The position numbers and the translations under genes were made by a program. Shown here piece after piece: positions 1 through 15,000 of a DNA stretch of 64,000 nt. The stretch covers positions 1,440,001 through 1,504,000 of the forward strand of contig CM000151.3 of the NCBI GenBank assembly GCA_000004695.1, given 5' to 3'. The notes beneath the pieces are model-generated. The model made no database searches. It saw nothing but the letters and a program-made list of their open reading frames with translations, and was not told the DNA's origin. Position 1 is the stretch's first letter. Each line of letters opens with the position of its first letter. Origin of the DNA: Dictyostelium discoideum. Lineage: Eukaryota.

Positions 1-1326
1 TTTATCTCAATGATTTTTTTTATAGAAAAAACTATGATTTAATATTTGATGTGAGGAAATACGTAAATCTTTTTTTTTTTTTTTTTTTTTTTTTTATTAA
101 TTAATTTTTTTTTATTTTTTTATTTTTTTTTTTTTAAAAAAAGTGATTTTAGTTTTTTTTTTTTCTAAATCTGCCCCAAATAAAATGATTTGAAATGATT
201 CTCTTAATGATTTTGTCTAAATAAAATAATAAAAAAAAATTAAAAAAAAAAATTAAAAAAAAAACAAAGCAAACTGCCAAAAAATGATATCTGAGAAAGC
301 CAAAAAAAAAAAAAAAAAATGGTCGGTATATCTAAAAGATCTAATTTTGAGAAAATTAAAAAAAAAAAAAAAATTAAAATAAATTTTTTAAAAAAAAGTT
401 TTGGTTTGAAGACTGATTAAATGATTTTTTAGTAAATCAAAAAAACCCAAAAAAAAACCAAAAAAAAAAAAAAATAAAAAAAAAAATAAAAAATCAAAAA
501 TTATTTGCCATGGTTTAAAAAAAAATGGTTATTGGGCCAATTTAAAAAATTATTGGTGGCCATAAACGCACAAAAAATCTGAGAAAAGAAAAAAAAAAAA
601 AAAAAGAAGTACTGTTATAAAAAATTTGCTCAGTTCCTTAATTTTACACAAACAAGATATGATCTTCGCACTCCTGGAAGCTGATTGGTTGTTTTCGTTG
701 TTGCTTTCCTCTCTGGACCCCCTTCAAAAATAATCAGAAAAAAAAAATTATAAAAATAAATAAAAAATAAAAATAAAAAAAATTTCAAAATATCTTTTCC
801 TTGTTTTCCAAAACTCAACTCTTTTTTTTTTCTTTTTTTTTTATTATAATTTATTTTATTTTAATTTTTTTTTTTGTATTGGTGATGAATTTTGTGTAGG
901 TGAAAGGCTGAAAATGATTGCGGCTTCTTTTTTTTTCTAATTTTGTTTTCTTTTATTTTCTTTTCAAGTTTTTGATTTTTTAAATAATTTATTTAGTTTT
1001 TTTTTTTTTTTTTTTATTATTTTTTTTTTTTTTTTATCCCTTGCCAAATTTTTTTTTTTTTTATATTGTTATTGTTTTCTTTCATCTTCCAATTTTGAAC
1101 TTGGTAAATAAGTAAGTAGAATTATTTTTTTTAAGATTTTATTTTTGTGATTTAGTTTATTTTATAATTGCAATCTAAAAAATATATCAATATAAATAAA
1201 ATAAAATAAAAAAAAATAAATAAAATATATAAAAAAAAAAAAAAAAAATAACAATTAATAAATAAATAAAAAAAAAAAAAATAAATAAATAAATAAATAA
1301 ATAAAAAAATAAAAAAATTAATAATA

Positions 1327-1390
<64 letters not shown>

Positions 1391-1446
1391 AATAATAAAA
1401 ATAATAATAAAAAAAAAGGAAAATAAAAATAAAAATAAAAATAAAA

Positions 1447-1485
<39 letters not shown>

Positions 1486-1892
1486 GGTACCAATCAAAAC
1501 ACCCTATTCAAATAAATCATTTAATTCGTTTAAAGTATTCTTGAATTTCAAGAGACTTCTTTATTTTAAAGACATATAATCCCAATAAAAAATCTGTACT
1601 TCTCAGGGCACCCTCGTGTAATTTGAAAATTTTCATAAAAAAAAAAAAAAAAAATTTCATAAAAAAAAAATAAAAAAAAATAAAAACAATTAGAAAAAAA
1701 AAAAATTTCACAATCAGTGATGATAAATATGTCCCTTGGGTTGTGTTTATTTTTTACCAATTTGTGAATCTTTCAAAAAAAAAAAATTTTAATAAAAAAA
1801 AAAAAAACAAAACACCCACCTTAATTTTTTATTTCATTTGAAGTTTGTAAGATATATAAAAAAAAAAAAAATAAAAATAAAAATAAAAAAAT

Positions 1893-1894
<2 letters not shown>

Positions 1895-1981
<87 letters not shown>
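1895..1981. repeat. (AAT)n microsatellite, about 29 units
   Basis: Uninterrupted taataataa... run read directly in the sequence. It is intergenic. Confidence 0.9.
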
Positions 1982-1984
<3 letters not shown>

Positions 1985-2065
1985 TATAAAAAAATATTAT
2001 TATTAATAATAAGCTTTTTTCAATTAAATGTTTTAAAAATCATAAATAACAATAATCACTTTTAT

Positions 2066-2114
<49 letters not shown>

Positions 2115-2522
2115 CTAAATAATTAATTAAGCTACATCCGACCAAAAAAAAAAATAAAAAAAAAACCTAAAAAAAAAAAAAAAAAAATAAAACAATAATA
2201 AAAATAATAATAAATTAAAAAATGTATTATATTTACCATTACTGCATACTAAAAATAGTAGCATTCATAAATACACCTTTTTTCATTCTTTCTCTACTAA
2301 AAATGCAGAGTGGTCATAGTAATAACAACACCAACATAACATTTTGATAAAAACAAAAACCAAAAAAAAAAAAAAAAAAACAAAACAAAATAATAAACCT
2401 TTATTATCGCACACTCACGCTAAATATACAAATTTGATTTTATTTTATTTATTTTTATTTTTTTAATTTTTTTTTGTGTGTTTTTTTTTTTTTTTGTGTT
2501 TTCAAACACAACTTAAGTGGTA

Positions 2523-2559
2523 GATTTACTGCTATACTTTTCCAAAATAGCAGTAAATC
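2523..2559. promoter_or_regulatory. Perfect 13-bp inverted repeat (GATTTACTGCTAT N11 ATAGCAGTAAATC) that can form a hairpin
   Basis: Seen directly. It lies about 380 bp upstream of the E2F-like ATG at 2939, in an otherwise homopolymer-rich spacer. Confidence 0.5.
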
Positions 2560-2938
2560 CAATTTTTTTTTTTTTTTTTTTTTAAATTTATTATAATATA
2601 AATATTTTTTTTCATTCCAAATTTGTATTTTTTTTTTTTTCTCTCTATTTACTCCCCCCAGCATAGTACTGTTTGGTTGACTTTTTTTTTTTTTTTATTT
2701 TTTTTTTTTTTATTTTATTTTTTTATTTATTTTATAATTATTTTTTTTAAATTTTTTTTTATATCATAATTATATTTTTATTTTTCCTGTTACTCTTTTC
2801 CAATATTAACAATTTTTATTTTTTTATTTTTTTTTATTTTTTTTTTATAAAAATTTTCCGAAATCTAGAAAAAATTTTCCAAAATCCAAAAATAAAAAGT
2901 TATTTCTATAAAAAGAAAAAAATAAAAAATAAAAAAAA

Positions 2939-5940
<3,002 letters not shown>

Positions 5941-6098
5941 TAATGGGAATAAAAGAAAAAAAAAAAACAAATAATAAAAATAATAATAAAAGCAATACAA
6001 TAATAGTAAACGTTTAAAACAATGAATTAACATTGATATAATAATTTCCAGGTTGTTTTTTATTTTTGTCTTTTTTTTATTTTTATCATTTGTTATTA

Positions 6099-6146
<48 letters not shown>

Positions 6147-6835
6147 GGATTTTTATAAATTATAAAAGAGTGATAGAGGGGAAAGCCATATAATATTGGA
6201 TTTATTTTTGTATTATTAGAACATCACTGGTTGAAATATAAATATTTATTTGATTTTGTTTATGTATTTTTCAACTTTTTTTTGAAATTATACTTTAAGA
6301 ATATTTTTTTTTCCAATATTTTTTTTTTTTTTTTTTTTTTTTACATTTAATCTATAAATAAAAAATTAGGTTAGGGCTTTTATTTAGAAAAAACTAAGAT
6401 TATAATAAAATGATACCCCCTTTACTTTCCTTATTTTGAATATTTTCAGATTTGGCAATTTCTTTTTTTGACTATTAGATTTTACTTAAAATAGTAAAAA
6501 TTCCTTTTTTTAATTTCAATTAATTTTTAAATTGAAAAATGATTCAGTATAAATAGAATAAACTTTTTGAAAAAAAAAAAAAAAATAATCACTCAAAAAA
6601 ATGAAAAAAAAATAACAAATAGAAAAGAAAAGTAAACCCAACTCTAAAAATTAAAAAAGGTTTAGATAAAAGTTGACAGTCTAAAATAAAAAAAAGAAAA
6701 AGGGTAAAGTGATTGAAAAAAAATATAATAAAAAAATAAATAGCAATCTAACTTTATATTATTATTATTATTTATATAGTAATTTCCAAATGAAAAGGTT
6801 TTACATTCAATTATAATCTAAATAATAATATATGA

Positions 6836-7010
6836 ATCAATACCAATCAAATGATATAGAAAGGAAAGATTTATCTATGCACTATATCATAAAGAAAGGT
6901 TGATCATCATATAAATTTTATTTTCTAAAGTAATAAAATGAATCAATATCAATCAAATGTCAGAGAAAGGAAAGATTTATCTATGCACTATGGCATTTTG
7001 AAAGGATGAT
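6836..7010. repeat. Two tandem roughly 85-bp units, each carrying an imperfect palindrome (atgatatag...ctatatcat) around a conserved core gaaaggaaagatttatctatgcactat
   Basis: Seen directly. Unit 1 is about 6836-6920 and unit 2 about 6925-7010. The array is intergenic and is followed by a (TA)n run. Confidence 0.6.
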
Positions 7011-7077
7011 GATATCATTTATAAAAAATTAGAAACCAAAAAACCAAAAATAAAATAAAAAAAAAGCTTTAATAAAA

Positions 7078-7082
<5 letters not shown>

Positions 7083-7170
<88 letters not shown>
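7083..7170. repeat. (TA)n microsatellite, about 44 units
   Basis: Seen directly. Confidence 0.9.
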
Positions 7171-7175
<5 letters not shown>

Positions 7176-8192
7176 CATTATTGTTTAAAAAACCAATTTA
7201 ATTATTTTAAAAAATAAAAATAAAAAACTACATCCTTTTTTGTATTATTAATAAAAATTCAAATTCAATTGGACTAGAATTAACCAACCGGCGCTAAATC
7301 GAGTGGTGGTTGTGGAGGAAAAGGTGATCAAATAATCATGGTCGTGGTAATGGTCATGGCCACATAGCCAGGCGGTAAAGGTTCAGGAGGTTCAACAATT
7401 GTAGTTGTTAATATTTAATACTTTGAATATTACTACAATTGTAATAATAAATTATTTAAAATAAAAATCGCACCTATTAATTTTTTTTTTTTAAAAAATA
7501 ATAATCTTTTATTTTTATTTCTATTTATCTATTTATTAAATTTAAAAAGGTTACAATTTCATTGCACAATTAGTATCTTATTTATTCGTGAATTTAAAAA
7601 TTATATTTCTTAATTTATCCCTGAATTAAAAAATTATTAACCTCTGATTAAACTTGATCAATTCTTTTATCATCTGTACTCTAAAGATTTACTACAGGAG
7701 TTGAGCCTTGATAAATGTTATAATTATTATTATTATTTTTTTTTTTATTTTTATTTTTTTTTTTAATGCATGTGGGTATTAAAAAATTTATCAGGTAAAC
7801 ATCCCAATGAATTTATTACCTCTGGGAGATTTTGTTTGTGTATATTTTTTAATTTGTTTCTTCTTACTATGAGGAAAACAAATAATAAAAAAATACCAAT
7901 AAGAAACATAATTTGATAAAGACTAAAATTTAAATCGAAACCAATCATTTTAATATTAAAATCAAAAATTGGTTAAAAGTTAAAATAAAAAAAAAAAAAT
8001 TGATTTTTTTTTTTTCTCAAAAATCCCTCAAACAACAAAAAAAAAAAAAAAATAAAAAAAAAAATCTTTTTTTTTTTTTTAATTTTTCATTTTTTTTATC
8101 ACTTAAAAACGTTTCCTAATCCTTTAAATTAAATTCATAGTCGACCAATAGATCAAACAAAATATAAATTAGAAAAATAAACAAATAGAATA

Positions 8193-8436
8193 ATGTGTCA
8201 ACCAGTAGTAGCTACATTTAAGAAATCAACTGTACATGTAAGTACTTTAGATATAAATAAATATATATATATATACATATATGCATTGACACCAACCCCT
8301 TTGTTATTATTTTAAAAGATATATAGAGACTGTATTAGATTAGCAAGATATATAGGTGATATGGTAATTATCAATTAATATTTTTTTTTTTATTTTGTAA
8401 AAGCAACACATTTTATTGAAAAAAAAAAAAAAGTAA

Positions 8437-8479
<43 letters not shown>

Positions 8480-8892
8480 AAATGGTAAATGTTGCTTTTA
8501 CAAAATAAAGATAAAATGTACACAGATAAACAAAAATAATAATCATTTGGAAAAGCATATTAATATTGATTATTATTTTATTTTATTGTTTTTAAAAAAT
8601 AAAAAAAGAATGGGCATGCCAAAAATATGTCCAAACAAGTTCGTATAGTATTTAGAACAAATCAATTTGAAATTGATCCAAAGAAAATAGAAGAACAAAA
8701 AACAGAGTAAGTAATAAAAAAAAAAAAAAGGAAAAAAAAAAGGAAAACAAATTAACTAAACACTTTTTAAACAAAATAGTGCTGTCCGTTTTTTAACAAA
8801 TTTTATGCAACATGAAGCAGAAAGAATGGCAAGAAGTCAAAAGAAAGCAGCATCTGAATCAACCCAAACTCCAAGAACAAGATCAACTCTTG

Positions 8893-8897
<5 letters not shown>
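8193..8897 (+). CDS. Small hypothetical protein of about 86 aa in three exons: 8193..8237, 8609..8706 and 8780..8897
   Basis: ATG is at 8193 and the first donor GTAAGT is at 8238. The second exon follows acceptor AG at 8607-8608 and ends with donor GTAAGT at 8707 in phase 2. The third exon follows acceptor AG at 8778-8779. The product reads MCQPVVATFKKSTVH|NGHAKNMSKQVRIVFRTNQFEIDPKKIEEQKT|DAVRFLTNFMQHEAERMARSQKKAASESTQTPRTRSTLD* and stops immediately before a poly(A) tract. An alternative reading starts at the internal Met (MSKQVR...). I could not assign a family. Confidence 0.35.
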
Positions 8898-8930
<33 letters not shown>

Positions 8931-9218
8931 AAAATATATAAAACAAACTCTTGGTAGGGTTTAAAAAACAAAATAAAACCAAACAAAAAATATAAATATA
9001 ATTTATAAAATCTTAATTATTGTAACACTTTAGATCTTTTTTTTTTTTTTTTTTTTCTTTTAAAATTTTTTTTATTATTACTTTTTTTCTTTTTTTTTTT
9101 TTTGTTTTGTTTTTCTTTTTTTTTTTTTTTTTTTTTTTCTGGTTTAATTTAAATTGATTTATGTATATGAATTATTTTTTTTATTATTATTTAATATTAT
9201 TATTAATTTTACTATTTC

Positions 9219-9665
9219 TTATTTATTTTGTGGATTTGCAATAGCATTGAAGAATTTACCAGGTCTGTACATTCTAGAAAGTCTAATTAATTTTTCTTGA
9301 ATTGGGGTAGTTGTAACATTTAAATCTTTCAAAGTTAATGCACCAACAGTAGTGGTCATATCTTGATTATGATAATCGATTTGATCTTTAATGAAATTTG
9401 GATTACGAGCGAATCTTTCTAATAAATGTTCAGAGATGAATTTCATGAAATCATTTGAAACTGGAATATTTAATTTACTGTATTGAGCTGTACCATCAAT
9501 AATCATATCTAAAAATTCATCCCATGTAAATACTTCATCACCTGCAAATTCATAAACTTTACCACTTGTACCTGGTGTTTCCAAAATTGATAAAATACCA
9601 CTTGCTAAATCGTAACACTATTGTAAAAAAAAAAAAAATGATAATAAAAAAAAAGAGTATTAATA

Positions 9666-9740
<75 letters not shown>

Positions 9741-10573
9741 TTTTCATTACAATAATAATAATAATAAAAATGATATTTACATGAAGTGGTTGAATTTTAT
9801 GTTGTTGATTATATCTTGGAATGAATGGCCAATTTTGAGAGACTTTTGACCATTTGTTAATGAATTTATCTTCATCACCAAAGATGATTGATGGTCTAAC
9901 TACTGTACAATTTGGAATGATTTCTCTTGTTAATTTTTCACCGATTGCTTTTGAACGTGAAAAATGGGATGGAGAGTCTTCGGATGCTCTCAAGGTTGAT
10001 ACGTGAATGTATTTCTCAACATTTTTACTTAAATCAGCGATACGAGATGCTGCATGAACATTGATATCGTCGAGTGAGAAATTACGAGTTTCATAATCAC
10101 GACCAGCCATATTGATGACAATGTTTGAGTGTGAAATTGCTCTTTCAATTGATTCGCTATCTCTAATATCGAAACGAACTGGAATGATTTGACCTAATTC
10201 GCCCAACACCTTGAGATCACGAAAACCTTCATCTTCACATCTGTATGGTACAACTACTTGAATACCTGTACGTGCTAATAATTGTACTAAATATCTACCA
10301 GTGAATCCTGTTGCTCCAAATACTGTTGCTACTAATCCTGTTGTTTGTGTACGTGAACCATGATGAATTCTTGTTAATGGATTTTCATTAATTGTTGAAA
10401 ATGATCTCTAAATAATAATAATAATAATATTAAAAAAAAAGTTTTTTTTTTTTATTTTAATATTTTTATAATGAAAAGAAAAAAGTTTTATTATTTTTAT
10501 TATTAAGATAAGGTAATATATATTTTACCTTATTTATAAGAGATGGAAATCCTTTTGAAAGATTCTTTAACAT
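9219..10573 (-). CDS. ndufa9: NADH dehydrogenase (ubiquinone) 1 alpha subcomplex subunit 9 (complex I 39 kDa, NAD(P)-binding NmrA/SDR-like), 356 aa. Minus-strand exons: 10529..10573, 9781..10407 and 9219..9617.
   Basis: The product lines up collinearly with NDUFA9: GATGFTGRYLVQLLARTG...VVVPYRC...GELGQIIPVRFDIRD..SIERAISHSNIVINMAGRDYETRNF...VHAASRIADLS..NVEKYIHVS...SPSHFSRSKAIGEKLTREIIPNCTVVRPSIIFGDEDKFIN. Exon 1 (MLKNLSKGFPSLINK) ends at donor GTAAAAT. Intron 2, with donor GTAAAT and acceptor acaatag, contains an (ATT)n microsatellite at 9663-9740. The exon lengths are 45, 627 and 399 nt, all in frame. Confidence 0.85.
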
Positions 10574-11072
10574 TTTAAATATTTAAATAAATTTTGATTG
10601 TGAGCTCACAAAAAAAAAAAAAAAAATAATAAAAAAAAATAAAAAATAAATAAAAAAAAAAAAAATGAAAAATTGAAAAAAAAAAAATGAAAAAAAAAAG
10701 TGAAAAAAAAAAAAAAAAAAAAAAATGTATATTGACAAAAACATTCAAATCAGATATCCAATTTTTTTTTTTCCAAATTTTTTTTCATTTATTTCATTTT
10801 TTTTTTTTTTTTTTTTTTAATTTTTAATTTGGATTTGGTATAGATAAATAGAACACTCAAAAATACACAAAATGATATAAAATATATAAAAAACGAATGT
10901 AATTATAATAATAATAATAATTACATTCGTTTTTTTTTTTTTTTTTTTTTTCATCAAAAAATTTTTTTTTTAGTATTTAATTAAATTGTTTTATTTTTAT
11001 TTTTTTTAATAAATGATAGTATTGGTGGTAGTGGTAGTGAGGATTTTATTAATAGTATTGGCATCCATCCAT

Positions 11073-11103
<31 letters not shown>

Positions 11104-11584
11104 ACAATTCGACATAATCTTATATCTGGTAGTGAAAAGATAATGGTTCAATAGAATTTTTGAATCAATTAAAAGTAATCATTCCTTCCATGTTATCATT
11201 CATCTCACTTGGCAAGAAGAAGAGTTTTGATTGATGTTTCAATAAATGTTAGAAACAAAATCAAGAGTTTAATAAAAAAAGTTATAAATTTAGGATACAA
11301 ACCATTTTATTTATAAGGTTAAAAAAAAAAAAAAAAACCTTATAAATCCATCAAAGACAGAAAAAAATATTATTGTTTGTTTAAAATAAAATAAAATAAA
11401 TAAAAAAATAAAAAAATAAAAAAAATAAATAAAAAATCATATTAAGTCATAGTGTTTATATATCATATTTACCCATAAACCAAAAATGGAGTTATATTTT
11501 AATCAAAATTTTAATTTTTTATTTTTGAAAAAAAAATTTTCTGGTGCAAGCCAAAAAAACATGCACTGGTTGTGGTGGTGGTTA

Positions 11585-11619
<35 letters not shown>

Positions 11620-11629
11620 TTTTTTAATT

Positions 11630-11664
<35 letters not shown>

Positions 11665-11789
11665 CTGAACGATTTGTTCTACTGGTTTTTTTTTATTTTT
11701 TTTTTTTCATTTATATATATGTATAACTAATAATTATTATTACTACATTAAATTATCAATATTTTTGTATAAAATTAATTTGTAATAGT

Positions 11790-11831
<42 letters not shown>

Positions 11832-12058
11832 CGCCCTTTATATATATATATTACACAAAGTAAATTAAATTAAGATTTTAAGTCGATCTTATATTTTTAA
11901 ATAAAAAAAAAAAAAAAAATAAAAATAAATCAAAAAAAAAAAAAAAGAACATATATATATGTTTTTTTTTAAATAAAAAAAAAAATATATAAAAAAAAAA
12001 AGTAATCGAAGAAAAACAAAAAAAAAAGTAATCGAAGAAAACAACTACAACAAATAAA

Positions 12059-15000
12059 ATGACAACATCAACAATTGAAAATGGAGCATCATCACCAATT
12101 ATTGTATCATCATCAACACCAAAACTTTATCAAGAAGGAGCAGGAGTATGGATACCAGATCAAGAATTAGGATGGATTGGAGCAGATGTAATTGAACATT
12201 CAGAGACATCAGCAGATCAAGTATTAGTTAGAACAGAGGATGATAGAGAAGTGAAAATACCATTAAGTAAAGTGTTTCAAAAGAATCCAGATATATTGGA
12301 AGGTGTTGACGATTTATCATTTTTATCACATTTACACGAACCTGCAATCTTACATAACCTCCATCACCGTTATAATTTGAACCAAATCTATACATATATT
12401 GGAAAGATTTTAATCGCAATCAATCCATACACATCATTACCACTGTATGGAAAGGAGATGATCAGTGCCTACTATGGTAAACAATTGGGTACATTAGCAC
12501 CACACGTTTATGCCGTAGCTGAAGATGCTTTCAAAGATATGCGTTATGATGGTACAAGTCAATCAATTTTAGTATCTGGTGAATCGGGTGCTGGTAAAAC
12601 TGAAACTACAAAATTCTTATTACAATATTTTGCTGCGATGGGTAATATGATTAAAGAATCAACATCATCATCATCAATAAATGGAATTAATACATCATCT
12701 GACGGTATCCCAGTAACACCACCACCTTCACCAATGAAAAAATCACCTGTTGATAAATCGGTTGAAGAAAGAGTTTTAGAAAGTACACCATTATTAGAAG
12801 CATTTGGTAATGCTAAAACTTTAAGAAATGTAAAAAAAAAAAAAAACAAAAAACAAAAAACAAAAAACAATTATCATTTATCATTTTCTAACTTTTATTA
12901 TTATTATAAATATTATAGGATAATTCATCTCGTTTTGGTAAATTCATTGAAATTCATTTTAATGAAATGGGTTCAATTATTGGTGCAAAAATTTTAACAT
13001 ATTTATTAGAAAAATCAAGAATTGTAAGACAAGTTTATAATGAAAGAAATTATCATATATTTTATCAAGTAAGTAATAGTATTTATATATATATTATATA
13101 TATAAAATATAAAAATAAAATTATTAATTTTTTTTATTTTTTTTTTTTTTTTTTTATTTTTTTTATTTTTTTTTTTATTTAAAAAAGTTATTATCAGGTG
13201 CATCAGAAGAATTAAAAGAAAAATTAAATTTAAAAACAATTGAAGAATATAGTTATTTAAATAAGAGTGGATGTTTTGAAATTGAAGGTGTATCGGATGA
13301 AGAGCATTTTAATAAGACATGTCATGCAATGCAAGTTGCAGGTATAACATTGGTTGAACAAGAGAATGTATTTAGAATATTATCAGCGATTTTATTGATT
13401 GGTAATTTTGAATTTGAAAATATAGCCGGATCAAATGATGATAGTTGTCAATTGATTGATCGTGACCCATTGGAGAAAGTATCGGTATTGTTAGGATGTG
13501 CACAACCTGATGAATTGTTGAATTCAATGTTAACACGTAAAGTGGTGACGGGTAAAGAGTCGTACATATCACATAATACAAAAGAGCGTGCTGAGAATGC
13601 AAGAGATTCATTGTCAATGTTTTTATATGGTATGATGTTTGATTGGTTGGTTGTGAAAATCAATTCAAGTATGTCGATTTCAACACAACAAAAATCCAAA
13701 TCGTTCATTGGTGTATTGGATATCTATGGTTTTGAATCGTTTGAAGTGAACGGGTTCGAACAGTTTTGCATCAATTATGCCAATGAAAAGTTACAACAAT
13801 TATTTAATCAACACGTTTTCAAAGAGGAGCAACAGGAGTATATAAAGGAGAAGATCGATTGGTCATACATTGATTTCAATGATAATCAAGATACTTTGGA
13901 TTTAATTGAAAAGAAACCCATTTGTATATTGACCTTACTCGATGAGGAGACTATGTTCCCCAAGGCCACACCTCAGACATTGGCAACTAAACTTTACTCA
14001 AAAATGACAAGTCATAGTAAATTTGAAAAGCCACGTTTCTCATCGACTGCTTTCACAATCAATCATTATGCTGGTAAAGTAACCTATGAAACTGATCAAT
14101 TCCTTGACAAGAATAAGGATTTCATAATTCCTGAACAAATTTCAATTTTACAAAGATCAAATTTCTCATTCATTAAAGTGTTAATGTCACATTCTGATAA
14201 GTTCACTCAATCACCTGGTGGCCATCCACAAGGTAATGGTGGTCCAACTTCTTCCAATACAAAGGGTACTTCAGGTTCATCGTCAATGAAATTCCTTTCT
14301 GTTGGTTCACAATTTTCAACATCACTTGCAACTTTAATGAAAACTATTTCAACTACAACACCACATTACGTTCGTTGTATTAAACCAAATCCAGAGAAAT
14401 TACCTCAAACTTTTAATAAACAAGATGTAATTCATCAATTACGTTGTGGTGGTGTTATGGAATCTGTTAGAATTTGTTGTGCAGGTTTTCCAACTCGTAG
14501 ATTATTATCTGAATTTTATCAACGTTATAAAATTTTATATGTAAAAGATATTAATACTGGCAGTGGTGGTGGTAAGAAAGGTTCAAATAATAATAAAATT
14601 AAAGATCCAAAAATTTTAGTTCAAAATTTATTAACTGGTATTGAATTATCAGATGATAAATATAAGATTGGTTTAACAAAAGTATTTTTAAGAGCTGGCC
14701 AATTGGCAAGTTTAGAAGATATGAGATTGGAGCAATTGGATCGTAGTGCAACAGTTATTCAAAAGAGATGGAAAGGTTATTTATATCGTAAACGTTATAA
14801 ACAACTTAGAGATGCATCATTGATAATTCAAACTAAACTTAGATCAGTACATGCAAAACAACAATTATCAGCATTACAACGTACTCATTCAGCCATTTTA
14901 ATACAAAAAGTTTGGAGAGCTCATAGGGATAGAGTTCAATATCAAAAGATTAGAGATGCTTCATTACAATTGCAAACTGTAATGAGAAGACATTTATTCT

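Noticed and set aside
630-818. Mixed-composition island carrying CTGATTGGTT (an inverted CCAAT/Y-box-like motif), and a second island at 1500-1640
   Set aside because: They are short non-coding patches with no gene within 1 kb that I could link them to. They might be promoter remnants or small RNAs, but I see no positive evidence.
1152-1493. 113-aa minus-strand ORF made of Phe/Ile/Tyr codons, with similar ones at 2845..3228, 28555..28773 and 28840..29028
   Set aside because: These are translations of poly(A/T) and AT-repeat spacer. They have no start context and no compositional shift, so they are artefacts of AT-rich intergenic DNA.
8609-8706. Possible CDC26/APC-subunit-like N-terminus (KQVRIVFRTNQFEIDPKKIEE)
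   Set aside because: It lacks the conserved R-R-x-P-T-x-L motif. The similarity is only compositional, so I made no family call.
10994-11100. His8-containing minus-strand reading frame (..YHHHHHHHHQWMDAN..*) from the (ATG)n/(CAT)n repeat
   Set aside because: It has an upstream in-frame stop and no ATG, and it is only about 20 codons from the first Met. It is a microsatellite artefact.
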